This document shows, in pieces, positions 10,249 to 19,503 of a stretch of 64,000 bases of DNA (positions are counted from its first letter, which is position 1; every line of letters starts with the position of its first letter). The notes under the pieces were generated by a model that was given only the letters and a program-made list of their open reading frames with translations, was not told where the DNA came from and did no database searches. A program made the position numbers and the translations under genes. Source of the stretch: Candidatus Sericytochromatia bacterium (lineage in GTDB: Bacteria > Cyanobacteriota > Sericytochromatia > S15B-MN24 > UBA4093); contig JAKFBU010000026.1 in the NCBI GenBank assembly GCA_036676985.1, positions 96,001-160,000 of the forward strand, read 5' to 3'.

Positions 10249-10716
10249 ATGCCCAAGACCCTCGGCGGGAACCTGCTCGCCGCCAACTACCAGTTCGCGA
10301 TCGTCGTCGGCCGCTTCAACGAGTTCATCGGCAGCCGCCTCCTGGCGGGGGCGCTGGATGCCATCGAGCGGCACGGCGGCCAGGACGAGAACGTGACGGT
10401 CGTCTGGGCGCCCGGCGCCTTCGAGATCCCGGTGGTCGCGAGCCGGCTCGCGAAGTCGGGCCAGTTCGACGCCGTCATCTGCCTGGGGGCGGTGATCCGC
10501 GGCTCGACGCCGCACTTCGACTACGTGGCCGCCGAGGTCTCCAAGGGCGTGGCGAGCATCGCGCTCCAGACGGGCGTGCCCGTGATCTTCGGGGTGCTCA
10601 CGACGGACACCATCGAGCAGGCCGTCGAGCGGGCGGGAACCAAGGCCGGCAACAAGGGCTGGGAGTCCGCCGTGGCGGCCATCGAGATGGCCAACCTGCT
10701 GCCGCAGCTGCCTTAG
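10249..10716 (+). CDS. ribH: Lumazine synthase
   Basis: [29 protein letters not shown]. Confidence 0.98.
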   Translation: MPKTLGGNLLAANYQFAIVVGRFNEFIGSRLLAGALDAIERHGGQDENVTVVWAPGAFEIPVVASRLAKSGQFDAVICLGAVIRGSTPHFDYVAAEVSKGVASIALQTGVPVIFGVLTTDTIEQAVERAGTKAGNKGWESAVAAIEMANLLPQLP

Positions 10717-10867
10717 TAAGGAACCGTTCGCCCCTTCGACAGGCTCAGGACGAACGGAATTTGTGGTGGGTGCCTCGAGTGCTAGTTCGCTTGAACCGAA
10801 TCGCCCCCGCTTGAGGTCAACAACCATCCGTTCACCCTGAGGCTCTCGAAGGGCGAACGGTTCCTTA
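10717..10867. repeat. REPIN/MITE-like element made of two inverted REP units
   Basis: Starts TAAGGAACCGTTCGCCC and ends GGGCGAACGGTTCCTTA; each arm is an internal palindrome. Confidence 0.8.
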
Positions 10868-11039
10868 TTCCCGGCGCCCGATCCCCCAAGGGGATCGGGC
10901 GCCGGGGTCGTTCTGCCCTGCCAAGGTGCCTGCTCTACGGGCTGTGGGCGGCTCGACGATTAGGCCAGGCCCCGTTTGGGAATAAAGACGCTGACCTCCG
11001 GATTCGGAGGCCCTTTGCGTTGCCCAAGAAGGGGATGCC

Positions 11040-11669
11040 ATGCCCAAGTTACGCTTCAATACCCGGACGTTCGCCCTCCTGGCCGTCTGCTTTACGCTGT
11101 GGGGCTGTCCGAACACCGGCACCACCATCACGCCATCCGGCGACGACGACGACAGCGACTCCAACAGCTTCACCGGGCAGCCCACCCCGAAACCCGGCGC
11201 CACGCCGACCCCTCGGCCGACGCCCACGCCGACTCCGAACCCGGGGGCCAGTCCCACCCCCACCCCGTCGCCCACGCCCTCGACGGGCCCCACGCCCACC
11301 CCGCGGCCGCGCCTCCAGTCGGTGCTGCTACTGAACCGCATCACCCAGATGTGGCTCCTGGAGCAGACCCCCACCACCACGCCGCCCGTCTCGATCCCGA
11401 GCACCTACAGCTTCCGGGCCGAGGTCGTCACCTTCCTGGGCACCTCCGCCTCCACCAGCAGCTCGGTGGTGTGGAGCTCCTCCAACCCGTCGGTCCTGAC
11501 GATCGATCCCGTCACGGGCTACGCCAGCAGCAACGTCGGCCTGGGACTGTACCTGGTGACGGTGCGCGCGGCCACGAGCAACCCCCTGGCCTCCGACACC
11601 TCGACGCGGAGCGACACGGTGAACATCACCGTCGGCAACAGCGGCACGCTCGACGTGACGATTGAGTAA
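11040..11669 (+). CDS. Lipoprotein with Pro/Thr linker and Ig-like (Big_2-like) domain
   Basis: LWG-C lipobox, (PT)n linker, VVWSSSNPSVLTID motif. Confidence 0.75.
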   Translation: MPKLRFNTRTFALLAVCFTLWGCPNTGTTITPSGDDDDSDSNSFTGQPTPKPGATPTPRPTPTPTPNPGASPTPTPSPTPSTGPTPTPRPRLQSVLLLNRITQMWLLEQTPTTTPPVSIPSTYSFRAEVVTFLGTSASTSSSVVWSSSNPSVLTIDPVTGYASSNVGLGLYLVTVRAATSNPLASDTSTRSDTVNITVGNSGTLDVTIE

Positions 11670-11678
11670 GGGGAAGCC

Positions 11679-14402
11679 ATGCGCAAGTTCGTTCGAACCA
11701 GTATCATCCTCGCCGCGGCCATGGCCCTCGCCCTGACGGGCTGCCGCCCACCGCTCAACCTCGTGCGTCCAGGTGGCGACGGCTTTGTCACCGGCGGTTC
11801 CGGCATCCAGGTGGAGCCCGAGGGCAAGGGCGGCATGAACGTCACCATCAAGTGGCCGCCGCCCATCGAGCGGGCCGTCCAGGCCATCCCGGCCGTCGCC
11901 AACACCATCCACCTCAAGGTCTCGACCCGCGAGGGCGTGGTCAAGGCAAGTCGCATCTTCAACCGACCGGCGACCACCGAGAGCCTCGTCTCGACGGCCT
12001 CTCTCTCCGTCGGCGTGGGCTCGAGCCTCATCGTCGAGGTCAACGCCTACCGCCAGCAGTTCGCCACCGACAGCGTGGGCGTGCTGCCCACCGCCGAGCA
12101 GATCATCGCCCAGGGCACCCAGGAGAACGTGACGGTCACGCTCAACGCGACGACCAGCGTCCGCCTCCAGCTGGACCCGGACGTCACGCTCGCGGGCCGG
12201 GGCGGTGCCGCCTCCTTGGGCCTCGACCAGATCCCCTGGCAGCTCATCGACTACGATCCCCGGGGCCCGGCCGTCTGGACGGAGCTCAACGATCCCCAGA
12301 ACCTGACCTACGATCCGGTCGGAAAGTACCTCTACTTCACCGAGCGCCCCGATCCGGGTCGTAACACCGAGGGGTATCGCATCATGCGCCTGTCCCTCTT
12401 CAGCGACACCAGTACCGGCAGCTACGGTCTCATGACCCTGGTGGCCGGCGGGGCGGCCCTGAACTCCGCGCGCCAGTCCGAGACGGCCGTGGCCCCCTTC
12501 ACCACCATCGAGAACCTCCGGACCGTGGCCTCGGATGCGACGGGCAACCTTTACTACACGGAGCAGGGCTTACAGAACCGCATCCGCAAGCTCGCGCCGA
12601 ACGGCGTGGTCACCAACTTCGCGCAGGGCCTGATCAACCCCGAGGGCATGCTCGCCCATGGCGATCGCCTCTACGTCGCGGACGGCACCGGCAACCGGGT
12701 GTATGCCTACGACTCGGTCGGCTCGCCCCTCTGGACGGCCGGCGGCGGCACGGAGAGTTCGGACGGCGCCTCCACGAGCTTCATCCCCCTGGCCTCCGCC
12801 TCGATCCCGGGACCTTCCGCCCTGGCGGTCTGGGGCAACAGCCTGTACGTGGCCTCCACGGCGGGCCGGGTCCTCGAGATCAACCTCGGCGTCGCCGAGA
12901 CGCCTGGCTCCAACGCCATCCGGACCCTCACGGCGGTCGCCGGCGAAACGCCCGGAGCCGTCGCGCAGGACATGGACGAGACGACCTTCGGCGCCCTGGG
13001 CGGCATCGCGGCCTCGGGTGGCGACCTCTACCTCTCCGACATCACCAACCGCGGCGTCTGGAAGGTCCCGGCCGATCCCGAGGGCAGCGTCACGGCCACT
13101 GCCGCCCGGGTGACGGGCTTCCAGCCGGTCGGCACCAACATCGGCCAGTTCAACACCCCCACGGGCCTCCTGCTGGTGGGGACCACCCTGTACGTCTGCG
13201 ACACGGGCAACAACCGGATCCAGCAGGTGGACACGGGGACGCTGGCGACCACGCACTTCGCCGGCCGCAGCGATGCCCTCGGCGAGATGATCGACGGCCC
13301 CTCGGTCTATGGCGGCCAGCCCTACGCCACCCTCTGGGGGCCGCGGGCGATCGCCACTCGCTCGGTCGGCACCAGCATGGTCGTGGCCGACACGGGCAGC
13401 GCCCGGCTCAGGGGGGTTACGACCACGGGCTACCTGTCGACCTTGCTCGGCTACTGGAACTTGTCCCGACTGTCCCGCGGGGTGGGGCTGGACGCGCACA
13501 ACCTGCACCTGGGGCCCATCGCGGCGCTTGCCCTCCAGCCGACCACCGGCGCTACCGCTCCGCGGCTCTACGCCTTGACGAGCGACGACGACGACGATGC
13601 GGGCGGTCAGGCCGTCTACCGGATCGACGGACTCGACAACCCGGCCTTCGGGCCCCGCACCTACCAGATGCAGCAGGTCAACTCGGTCGTCACGACGCGG
13701 ATGCTGTTCGAGAACATGGCCTCGCGCATCGGCAGCACCTTCCCGCGGGTGGTCGACGACCCCACGGGCATCGGCGTGAGCCCGCGCACGGGGGACGTCG
13801 TCTTCTCGGTGGCGGGCACCTACCACTCGCTCTTGCGGTGGGACGGCGTCAGTCCGGAGCTCACCTACAGTGCGGGCACGTTGCCCGCCCAGGGCTACTT
13901 CAAGTTCGCGGGCACCGGTGCCCAGGGCTACAACGGCGAGGGTCCGGCGACCCTGGTGCAGGTCAGCCAGCCGCGCCGGGTGCGCTTCGACCAGCAGGGC
14001 AACTGCTACTTCCTCGCGGTCAACGCCTCGGGGGCGAGCATCCTGCGCCGGGTCAGCTCCAGCGAGCCCGACGCCAACCGCTGGAAGATCAGCACCATCG
14101 CGGGCGGCGGCACCCAGACGGTGCCGCAGGTGACGGCCTCCGCTCCGCCCGTCTCGGCGGTGCTCGCCAACCTGGGCGCGGTGGCGGACTTCGACATCGA
14201 CAGCCAGGGCAACATCTACCTGGCGAGCGGCACGCGGATCTACCGCATGGACCAGCGGGCCGCCACCATGACCGAGGTCTACAACTCCACCAACCGCAAC
14301 TTCACGTCGATCGCCTTCGACGAGAACGACGCGGCGATCATCTTCACCTACGCCGAGGAGCAGAGCAAGATCAAGAAGGTCTACCTCTCGCGCCTCTTCT
14401 AG
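11679..14402 (+). CDS. Large lipoprotein with NHL/beta-propeller repeats
   Basis: LTG-C lipobox; repeats LYVADGTGNRV, LYVCDTGNNRIQ, VVADTGSARLR, IDSQGNIY. Confidence 0.8.
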   Translation: MRKFVRTSIILAAAMALALTGCRPPLNLVRPGGDGFVTGGSGIQVEPEGKGGMNVTIKWPPPIERAVQAIPAVANTIHLKVSTREGVVKASRIFNRPATTESLVSTASLSVGVGSSLIVEVNAYRQQFATDSVGVLPTAEQIIAQGTQENVTVTLNATTSVRLQLDPDVTLAGRGGAASLGLDQIPWQLIDYDPRGPAVWTELNDPQNLTYDPVGKYLYFTERPDPGRNTEGYRIMRLSLFSDTSTGSYGLMTLVAGGAALNSARQSETAVAPFTTIENLRTVASDATGNLYYTEQGLQNRIRKLAPNGVVTNFAQGLINPEGMLAHGDRLYVADGTGNRVYAYDSVGSPLWTAGGGTESSDGASTSFIPLASASIPGPSALAVWGNSLYVASTAGRVLEINLGVAETPGSNAIRTLTAVAGETPGAVAQDMDETTFGALGGIAASGGDLYLSDITNRGVWKVPADPEGSVTATAARVTGFQPVGTNIGQFNTPTGLLLVGTTLYVCDTGNNRIQQVDTGTLATTHFAGRSDALGEMIDGPSVYGGQPYATLWGPRAIATRSVGTSMVVADTGSARLRGVTTTGYLSTLLGYWNLSRLSRGVGLDAHNLHLGPIAALALQPTTGATAPRLYALTSDDDDDAGGQAVYRIDGLDNPAFGPRTYQMQQVNSVVTTRMLFENMASRIGSTFPRVVDDPTGIGVSPRTGDVVFSVAGTYHSLLRWDGVSPELTYSAGTLPAQGYFKFAGTGAQGYNGEGPATLVQVSQPRRVRFDQQGNCYFLAVNASGASILRRVSSSEPDANRWKISTIAGGGTQTVPQVTASAPPVSAVLANLGAVADFDIDSQGNIYLASGTRIYRMDQRAATMTEVYNSTNRNFTSIAFDENDAAIIFTYAEEQSKIKKVYLSRLF

Positions 14403-14410
14403 GTCGAGAT

Positions 14411-14450
14411 CGACGCGGCCCCCGCCACTCGGCGGGGGCCGCGTCGTTTT
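14411..14450. terminator. Terminator between convergent genes
   Basis: CGACGCGGCCCCCGCC-ACTC-GGCGGGGGCCGCGTCG followed by a T tract. Confidence 0.7.
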
Positions 14451-14456
14451 GAGGGC

Positions 14457-14972
14457 CTAGCCCTCGCCCTCCTCGGAGAGCGGGAAGAGGATGGCGCCCG
14501 TGGTCGGGTCGCGCATGGCCATGAGGGCCGAGAGGTCGTCGGTGGCGGCCGCCAGCGCCGGGTACCCGATGAGGATGCGCCCCTCCTCCTCGACGATGGG
14601 GCCGAGGGCCGGCACGATCAGCGTCCGGTCGGGGCGCGCGACCTCGTAGCCCAGCACCTGGCCCGTGGCGAGGTCGAAGATCACGTCCGTGACGCGGCCC
14701 TGCACCGTGCCGTCCGGCGTCTCCAGGCGCTTGCCCATGCCGCTGGGCCCCAGGTCCGGCGCGGGGTCGGCCGGCGGGGCGACACCGATCACGCCCGGCT
14801 CGATGGAGGTGATCTGCTGGAGGCGGACGATCTCGGCGCTCTGGTCGATCTGCAGCCCGACGAGGGTCCCGCTGTCGGGATCCCAGATCACGCTCGTGAC
14901 CCGGCCGATCGTGCGGCCGGTCGTCACGTCGACGACCGTCTGCTGGTGCAGCTCGCGCCCGTAGAACAGCAC
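14457..14972 (-). CDS. Tandem PRC-barrel protein
   Basis: GRTIGRVTSVIWD and GTVQGRVTDVIFD repeats. Confidence 0.75.
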   Translation of the reverse strand: MLFYGRELHQQTVVDVTTGRTIGRVTSVIWDPDSGTLVGLQIDQSAEIVRLQQITSIEPGVIGVAPPADPAPDLGPSGMGKRLETPDGTVQGRVTDVIFDLATGQVLGYEVARPDRTLIVPALGPIVEEEGRILIGYPALAAATDDLSALMAMRDPTTGAILFPLSEEGEG

Positions 14973-15077
14973 GCGTCCTCCTCACGAAAAAGGGGCATGC
15001 CAGGGTCATCCTGGCATGCCCCGATCCTATAAGCCCGGCGCGGCCGACGCAACGTCTAGCCGGTCGCCTGAACGGGC

Positions 15078-15503
15078 CTATTCGTCGACGATCGTGACCT
15101 TGTCCATACGGTCGTTCTGGGCGATGGCGTCCACCACCTCCTGGCCGCGCACGACCTGGCCGAACACGGTGTGGACCCCGTCCAGGTGCGGCTGGGCCGT
15201 GTGGGTGATGAAGAACTGGCTGCCGCCGGTGTCCTTGCCGCGGTGCGCCATGGACAGGGCGCCCTTGCCGTGCTTGCGAGGGTTGATCTCGCAGGGGATG
15301 GTGTAGCCGGGACCGCCGCGGCCGGAACCTTCCGGGCAGCCACCCTGGATCATGAAGTCCGAGATGACGCGGTGGAAGGTCAGGCCGTCGTAGTAGCCCT
15401 TCTGGGCGAGCGTGACGAAGTTGTGGACGGTGTTGGGGGCGTCCTGCTCGAAGAGCTCGAGCTCGATGTCGCCCTTGGCGGTGGTGATGATGGCCTTCTT
15501 CAT
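15078..15503 (-). CDS. Cyclophilin-type peptidyl-prolyl isomerase
   Basis: [32 protein letters not shown]; true start MKKAII. Confidence 0.96.
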   Translation of the reverse strand: MKKAIITTAKGDIELELFEQDAPNTVHNFVTLAQKGYYDGLTFHRVISDFMIQGGCPEGSGRGGPGYTIPCEINPRKHGKGALSMAHRGKDTGGSQFFITHTAQPHLDGVHTVFGQVVRGQEVVDAIAQNDRMDKVTIVDE

Positions 15504-15580
15504 TGACAGGGTCTCCTGGCGGGGTCTGCGTAGGGGGTGTGACGTCCTCCCATTCTGGCATGCCCCCGGGGCCTCGGCAA

Positions 15581-16246
15581 TCAGGCCTCGAGGGAGATCT
15601 GGTTGACGACGTCCTTGACGCCCCAGACGGCCCAGGCGTCGTCCTCGGCGGTCTGGCGCTCGGTGGCGTTGCGGGCCACGCCGTTCAGGAAGACCACGCC
15701 GTCCCGGGTGAAGATCTGGAAGCGCAGGGCGTCCACCAGCTTGTCCTTGTCGTAGGCCACCCGCACCATGGTCGTGATCTCGTCGTCGGAGTCGTCCTCG
15801 GCGGGCTCCACCCGGATCTCGTTGCGCACGTCCACCACGCCCGCCACCCACCAGGCGATGATGCCCGCCAGGCGCTTCTTGGCGATCGCGTCCTCGCTGC
15901 CCGACAGCGTCACCACGCCGTTGTCGACGTGGACGACGAGCTTCTTCTCGTTGAGGTAGGGGTCTTCTTCGAGGGCGTTGCGGAGGTGGAGGAGGATCTC
16001 CGCGTCCGTGCGCGCGGGGACCGGGCGGACCCGCAGGTGGTTGAAGACTTCTCGGACGCCGGGCACCTCGCGGATGAGCCGCTCGGCGATTTGCTTCTCG
16101 GCCAGGCTCTCGACCTGGCCCTCGAGCAGGACGGTCCCGCCCTGGCTCGTCAGTTTGATGGCGCCCCCTTCCGACTGGGCCCTCACCCGAGGGTCGCGTA
16201 CCAGGGCCGCCACCGTCGCCTTCTCAATCTCGACATCGGTCTGCAT
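15581..16246 (-). CDS. Triple BON-domain protein
   Basis: Three repeats ending GVREVFNHL / GVVDVRNEI / GVKDVVNQI. Confidence 0.88.
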   Translation of the reverse strand: MQTDVEIEKATVAALVRDPRVRAQSEGGAIKLTSQGGTVLLEGQVESLAEKQIAERLIREVPGVREVFNHLRVRPVPARTDAEILLHLRNALEEDPYLNEKKLVVHVDNGVVTLSGSEDAIAKKRLAGIIAWWVAGVVDVRNEIRVEPAEDDSDDEITTMVRVAYDKDKLVDALRFQIFTRDGVVFLNGVARNATERQTAEDDAWAVWGVKDVVNQISLEA

Positions 16247-16339
16247 GGCCGATCCTCCTCTGCGCTTGCGCCGCTTTCGCTCTTACTCTAGCGCGCCGGG
16301 CGAGGGGGTCGATTGGACAAAAGGACGAAGATCGAAGGG

Positions 16340-16597
16340 CTAGTCGTTGTCCGGGGAGTTGAGCGGCCGGAACTGACGGATCTTGCCCTGCTGGGGAGCG
16401 GGCTGGGCGGGGGGCTTCAGGAGGCCCTGGAAACGCTTGTCCGCTTCACCGACCATGCGCGCGAAGGCCGCGAAGTCGTCGACGCTGAAGTAGAGGGCCG
16501 CCTGGTAGGCATTGACGACGACCTTGTTCTCGCCCTCGACGTACCAGATCGTGCCGAACTCGCATTCCCCCAAGGTCCGGAAGTTGTTGACGTCCAC
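16340..16597 (-). CDS. Hypothetical protein (85 aa)
   Basis: AAGGAG RBS before GTG; globular-looking composition. Confidence 0.65.
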   Translation of the reverse strand: MDVNNFRTLGECEFGTIWYVEGENKVVVNAYQAALYFSVDDFAAFARMVGEADKRFQGLLKPPAQPAPQQGKIRQFRPLNSPDND

Positions 16598-16648
16598 GCC
16601 GCGATGCTCCTTTGTTGAGAGGCTAAAGCTGGTGTCTAGTCTACCACA

Positions 16649-18961
16649 CTAGCCCTCGATCAGGACCTTCATCTTCCCCTGCTTGCCAAGCACGCGCGCC
16701 GTCGTGATGCCGTTGTACTGGATGAACTGCAGGTCCAGCGTGGTGTTGCCGACCCTCAGCCCGTTCAGGCGCACCTCGTCGAGCCAGGTGGGCAACAGGG
16801 GCTGCATGATGCGCAGGGAGTTGCCCGCGGCGTCCGGCACGATCCCCAGGGCGCTTTGCAGGAGCAAGAACATGGTGCCCGCCGCCCAGGACTGGGGGCT
16901 GCATGCGACGGGGTAGGGCACGGGCCGGTCCAGCTCGCTCGCCTTGGAGAAGCCGCAGAACAGCTCGGGCAGCCGGTAGTAGGGGAAGTGCAGGGCGGCC
17001 TGGAACATGGCGTCCAGCACCACGAGCACCTCCTGCTTGTAGCCGTGCTCGGCGAGCCCCCGCACGATGAGGCTGTTGTCGTGGGGCCAGATGGTGCCGT
17101 TGTGGTAGCTCATGGGGTTGTAGACGGGGCTGTCCGCCGAGAGCGTCCGGATCCCCCAGCCGCTGAACATGCCCGGCGCCATGAGGTGCGCGACCACCTG
17201 CGGGATGCGCTCCTCGGCGACGATGCCGCTCCACAGGCCGTGGGCCGGGTTGGAGGTGGGCGTCCGCACCGGCCGCTTGTCGCCGTCCAGGGCGAGCACG
17301 TAGAAGCCGTCCTCCTCGCTCCAGAAGGCCTGGTTGTAGGCCTCCTTGAGCTCGTCGGCCTCCCGGTTGAGGCGATCGCCCAGGATGCGCAGGTCCATGG
17401 CGTAGCAGAGCTGCGCGATGCGCTTCTTGGCGTCGTAGACGTAGCCCTGCACCTCGGAAAGCGCGATGGGGCCCTCGGCGAGCGTCGCGTCGGGCCGGAT
17501 CACCGAGTTCACGGAGTCCTTCCAGCCCTGCACCACGAGCCCCAAGGGGCTGCGCCGCTCGTACTCGACGAAGCCGTCGCCGTCCAGGTCGCCGTAGACC
17601 TCGAGCCACATGAGGGCGGCCTCCACGGAGTCCCACAGCTCGCGCACGATCTCGAGGTTGCCCGTCCAGCGGTAGGTCTCGCTCAAGAGGACGAGGAAGA
17701 GGGGCGTGGAGTCGACCGATCCGTAGTAGGGCGTGTGGGGGATCTGCCCGAGCCGGGCGAGCTCCCCGAAGCGCACCTCGTGCAGGATCTTGCCGGGCTC
17801 GGAGTCCTTGAAGGGCTCGTCCTCCTTGGCCTGGTGCGCGGCCAGGTAGCGCAAGGTCCCGTAGGCGAGCTCGGGGCCGAGCATCAGGCTCTGGATGGCC
17901 GTGATGAGGGCGTCCCGGCCGAAGGGGGCCGTGAACCAGGGGATGCCCGCCGAGGGGAAGGGGCCCGTCGGGTAGGTGACGGTGAGGGCCGCCAGGTCCC
18001 GGTTGCCGCGGCTGAGCATGAGGTTGAAGATCTCGTTGCTGCTCGTGAGGCTCGTGCGGCCCGCCATGCGCTCCTTGGCCACCTGGTCCAGGTGCTGCAC
18101 GAAGGTCTTGAAGCTCCAGTCCCGCTCGGCCTCCGGGATGGTTCCTTCCCCCGCGATGAGGGTCTCGACCGTGTACTCGAAGGCGATCTCCGCGCCGTTG
18201 CCCGGAGCCTCGAGCGCGAAGGAGGCGATGGCCCCCACCGAGTAGTGCTCGGTCGGGATGGGCGTGAGGGTGAACTCGGTCGCCTCGAGGTCGAAGCGGA
18301 TCCGCGTCTGCCTAAAGGCCTTGTCCTCGCCCATGTAGGCGAGCACCAGGGTCTTGCCCTCGATCTTGGGCTGCAGCACCACGCCATGGTGCTGGCGGTG
18401 CATGCCGCGCACCTCGAACATGTCCGCGTAGTCGGCCCGGAACTCCAGGCTGAAGCGCAAGGAGACCGGAAAGGGGTTGTAGTTGATGATGCGGAGCCGG
18501 TCGCGGACGTAGTCGCCGATGCCCCGCTCGCTCGACAGGTAGATCGTCTCCTGCGGGATGGTCGTGCCGTCCGGCAGGCGCAGGATCTGGTTCATGAACT
18601 CCATCTGCGAGAGGTGGGTCCGCTCGCTGGAGCTGCTGAGCAGGGTGGGCACGTGGCCCTCGAGCCGGAGGATCCAGCCCGACAGGAAGCGGGTGTCCGA
18701 GGCGTAGAGCCCCATGCCGCAACCGCAGCCCGGGTAAACGTTGCCGTCGGTGTCGCTCACCAGGAAGAGCGTCTCCTGCTTGATGACCTCGCGGCCGTGG
18801 CGGCAGGCGGTGAGCACGGCGGGGATGCCGCTCTGGAGGACGGCTGTTAGCTCGCGATCGATGGTGTAGATCTCGCCCCCCACCTCCAGCGTGAGGGCCT
18901 CGGGATCCACGGGATAGGGGGCGGCGGGGTTGACGCGCTTGGGTTCGTCGGCAGGGGCCAT
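16649..18961 (-). CDS. Amylo-alpha-1,6-glucosidase (glycogen debranching enzyme-like)
   Basis: DTRFLS, ADMFEVRG, AGIPWF...FGRD, EPGKILHE, QGWKDS, YHNGTIWPHDN, ACSPQSWA. Confidence 0.93.
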   Translation of the reverse strand: MAPADEPKRVNPAAPYPVDPEALTLEVGGEIYTIDRELTAVLQSGIPAVLTACRHGREVIKQETLFLVSDTDGNVYPGCGCGMGLYASDTRFLSGWILRLEGHVPTLLSSSSERTHLSQMEFMNQILRLPDGTTIPQETIYLSSERGIGDYVRDRLRIINYNPFPVSLRFSLEFRADYADMFEVRGMHRQHHGVVLQPKIEGKTLVLAYMGEDKAFRQTRIRFDLEATEFTLTPIPTEHYSVGAIASFALEAPGNGAEIAFEYTVETLIAGEGTIPEAERDWSFKTFVQHLDQVAKERMAGRTSLTSSNEIFNLMLSRGNRDLAALTVTYPTGPFPSAGIPWFTAPFGRDALITAIQSLMLGPELAYGTLRYLAAHQAKEDEPFKDSEPGKILHEVRFGELARLGQIPHTPYYGSVDSTPLFLVLLSETYRWTGNLEIVRELWDSVEAALMWLEVYGDLDGDGFVEYERRSPLGLVVQGWKDSVNSVIRPDATLAEGPIALSEVQGYVYDAKKRIAQLCYAMDLRILGDRLNREADELKEAYNQAFWSEEDGFYVLALDGDKRPVRTPTSNPAHGLWSGIVAEERIPQVVAHLMAPGMFSGWGIRTLSADSPVYNPMSYHNGTIWPHDNSLIVRGLAEHGYKQEVLVVLDAMFQAALHFPYYRLPELFCGFSKASELDRPVPYPVACSPQSWAAGTMFLLLQSALGIVPDAAGNSLRIMQPLLPTWLDEVRLNGLRVGNTTLDLQFIQYNGITTARVLGKQGKMKVLIEG

Positions 18962-18980
18962 GGCAGCTCCTCTGGGTGGT

Positions 18981-19238
18981 TCAGCGGGCAGGGCGCGCGC
19001 CCTGCTCGCCTGCTGCCTGGAAGCTCGCCTCGATGCGCAGCTGCTGCTCGCGCAGGCGCTTGAGCATGTAGTTGAGGTACTCGCTCAACTCGACGCTGTC
19101 GGTTTCCAGGTAGATCTGGAGGATCTCCCCGTACTCCCGAAAGGACAGGTGGATGTGCGGTTCGTGCTCTCGGGCGAGCTCGAGCAGGAGCATCACCTCG
19201 GCCTTGGAGCAGACCGAGAACTGATGGGTCCTGGCCAT
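18981..19238 (-). CDS. Hypothetical protein (85 aa), first gene of the operon
   Basis: AAGGAGGTG RBS; downstream of a strong promoter. Confidence 0.7.
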   Translation of the reverse strand: MARTHQFSVCSKAEVMLLLELAREHEPHIHLSFREYGEILQIYLETDSVELSEYLNYMLKRLREQQLRIEASFQAAGEQGARPAR

Positions 19239-19336
19239 TCGTCACCTCCTTCTTAGCGGACAAGCTGATGAGGGACGATGAAGAGGCAAGGATCGAGGTG
19301 TGCCGTCGCTGCGTCGACTCGCGTCAGATTGGGACG

Positions 19337-19365
19337 AGTCTAGTCTCCCCCCATGGGCGTGTCAA
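19337..19365 (-). promoter_or_regulatory. sigma70-type promoter
   Basis: TTGACA-N17-TAGACT on the minus strand. Confidence 0.75.
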
Positions 19366-19503
19366 CGAACGAGCAAGGCGCTCGTTTGTCAGGTACCAAC
19401 GAGGCTCGTTCACTCTGGCCGAGCCCCTTAGGGGCCTCGGGTCGTATGGTAGGGGCCGGGACGCGGCGCGGCCCGACCCCTCCTCGCTCGAAAGGATGTC
19501 GCT

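Noticed and set aside
2793-10867. 40-bp repeats as CRISPR repeats or composite-transposon ends
   Set aside because: Dispersed and inverted, with no spacers, cas genes or transposase; they enclose core genes.
11170-11310. Repetitive DNA resembling a tandem array
   Set aside because: Encodes a (Pro-Thr)n linker; not CRISPR-like.
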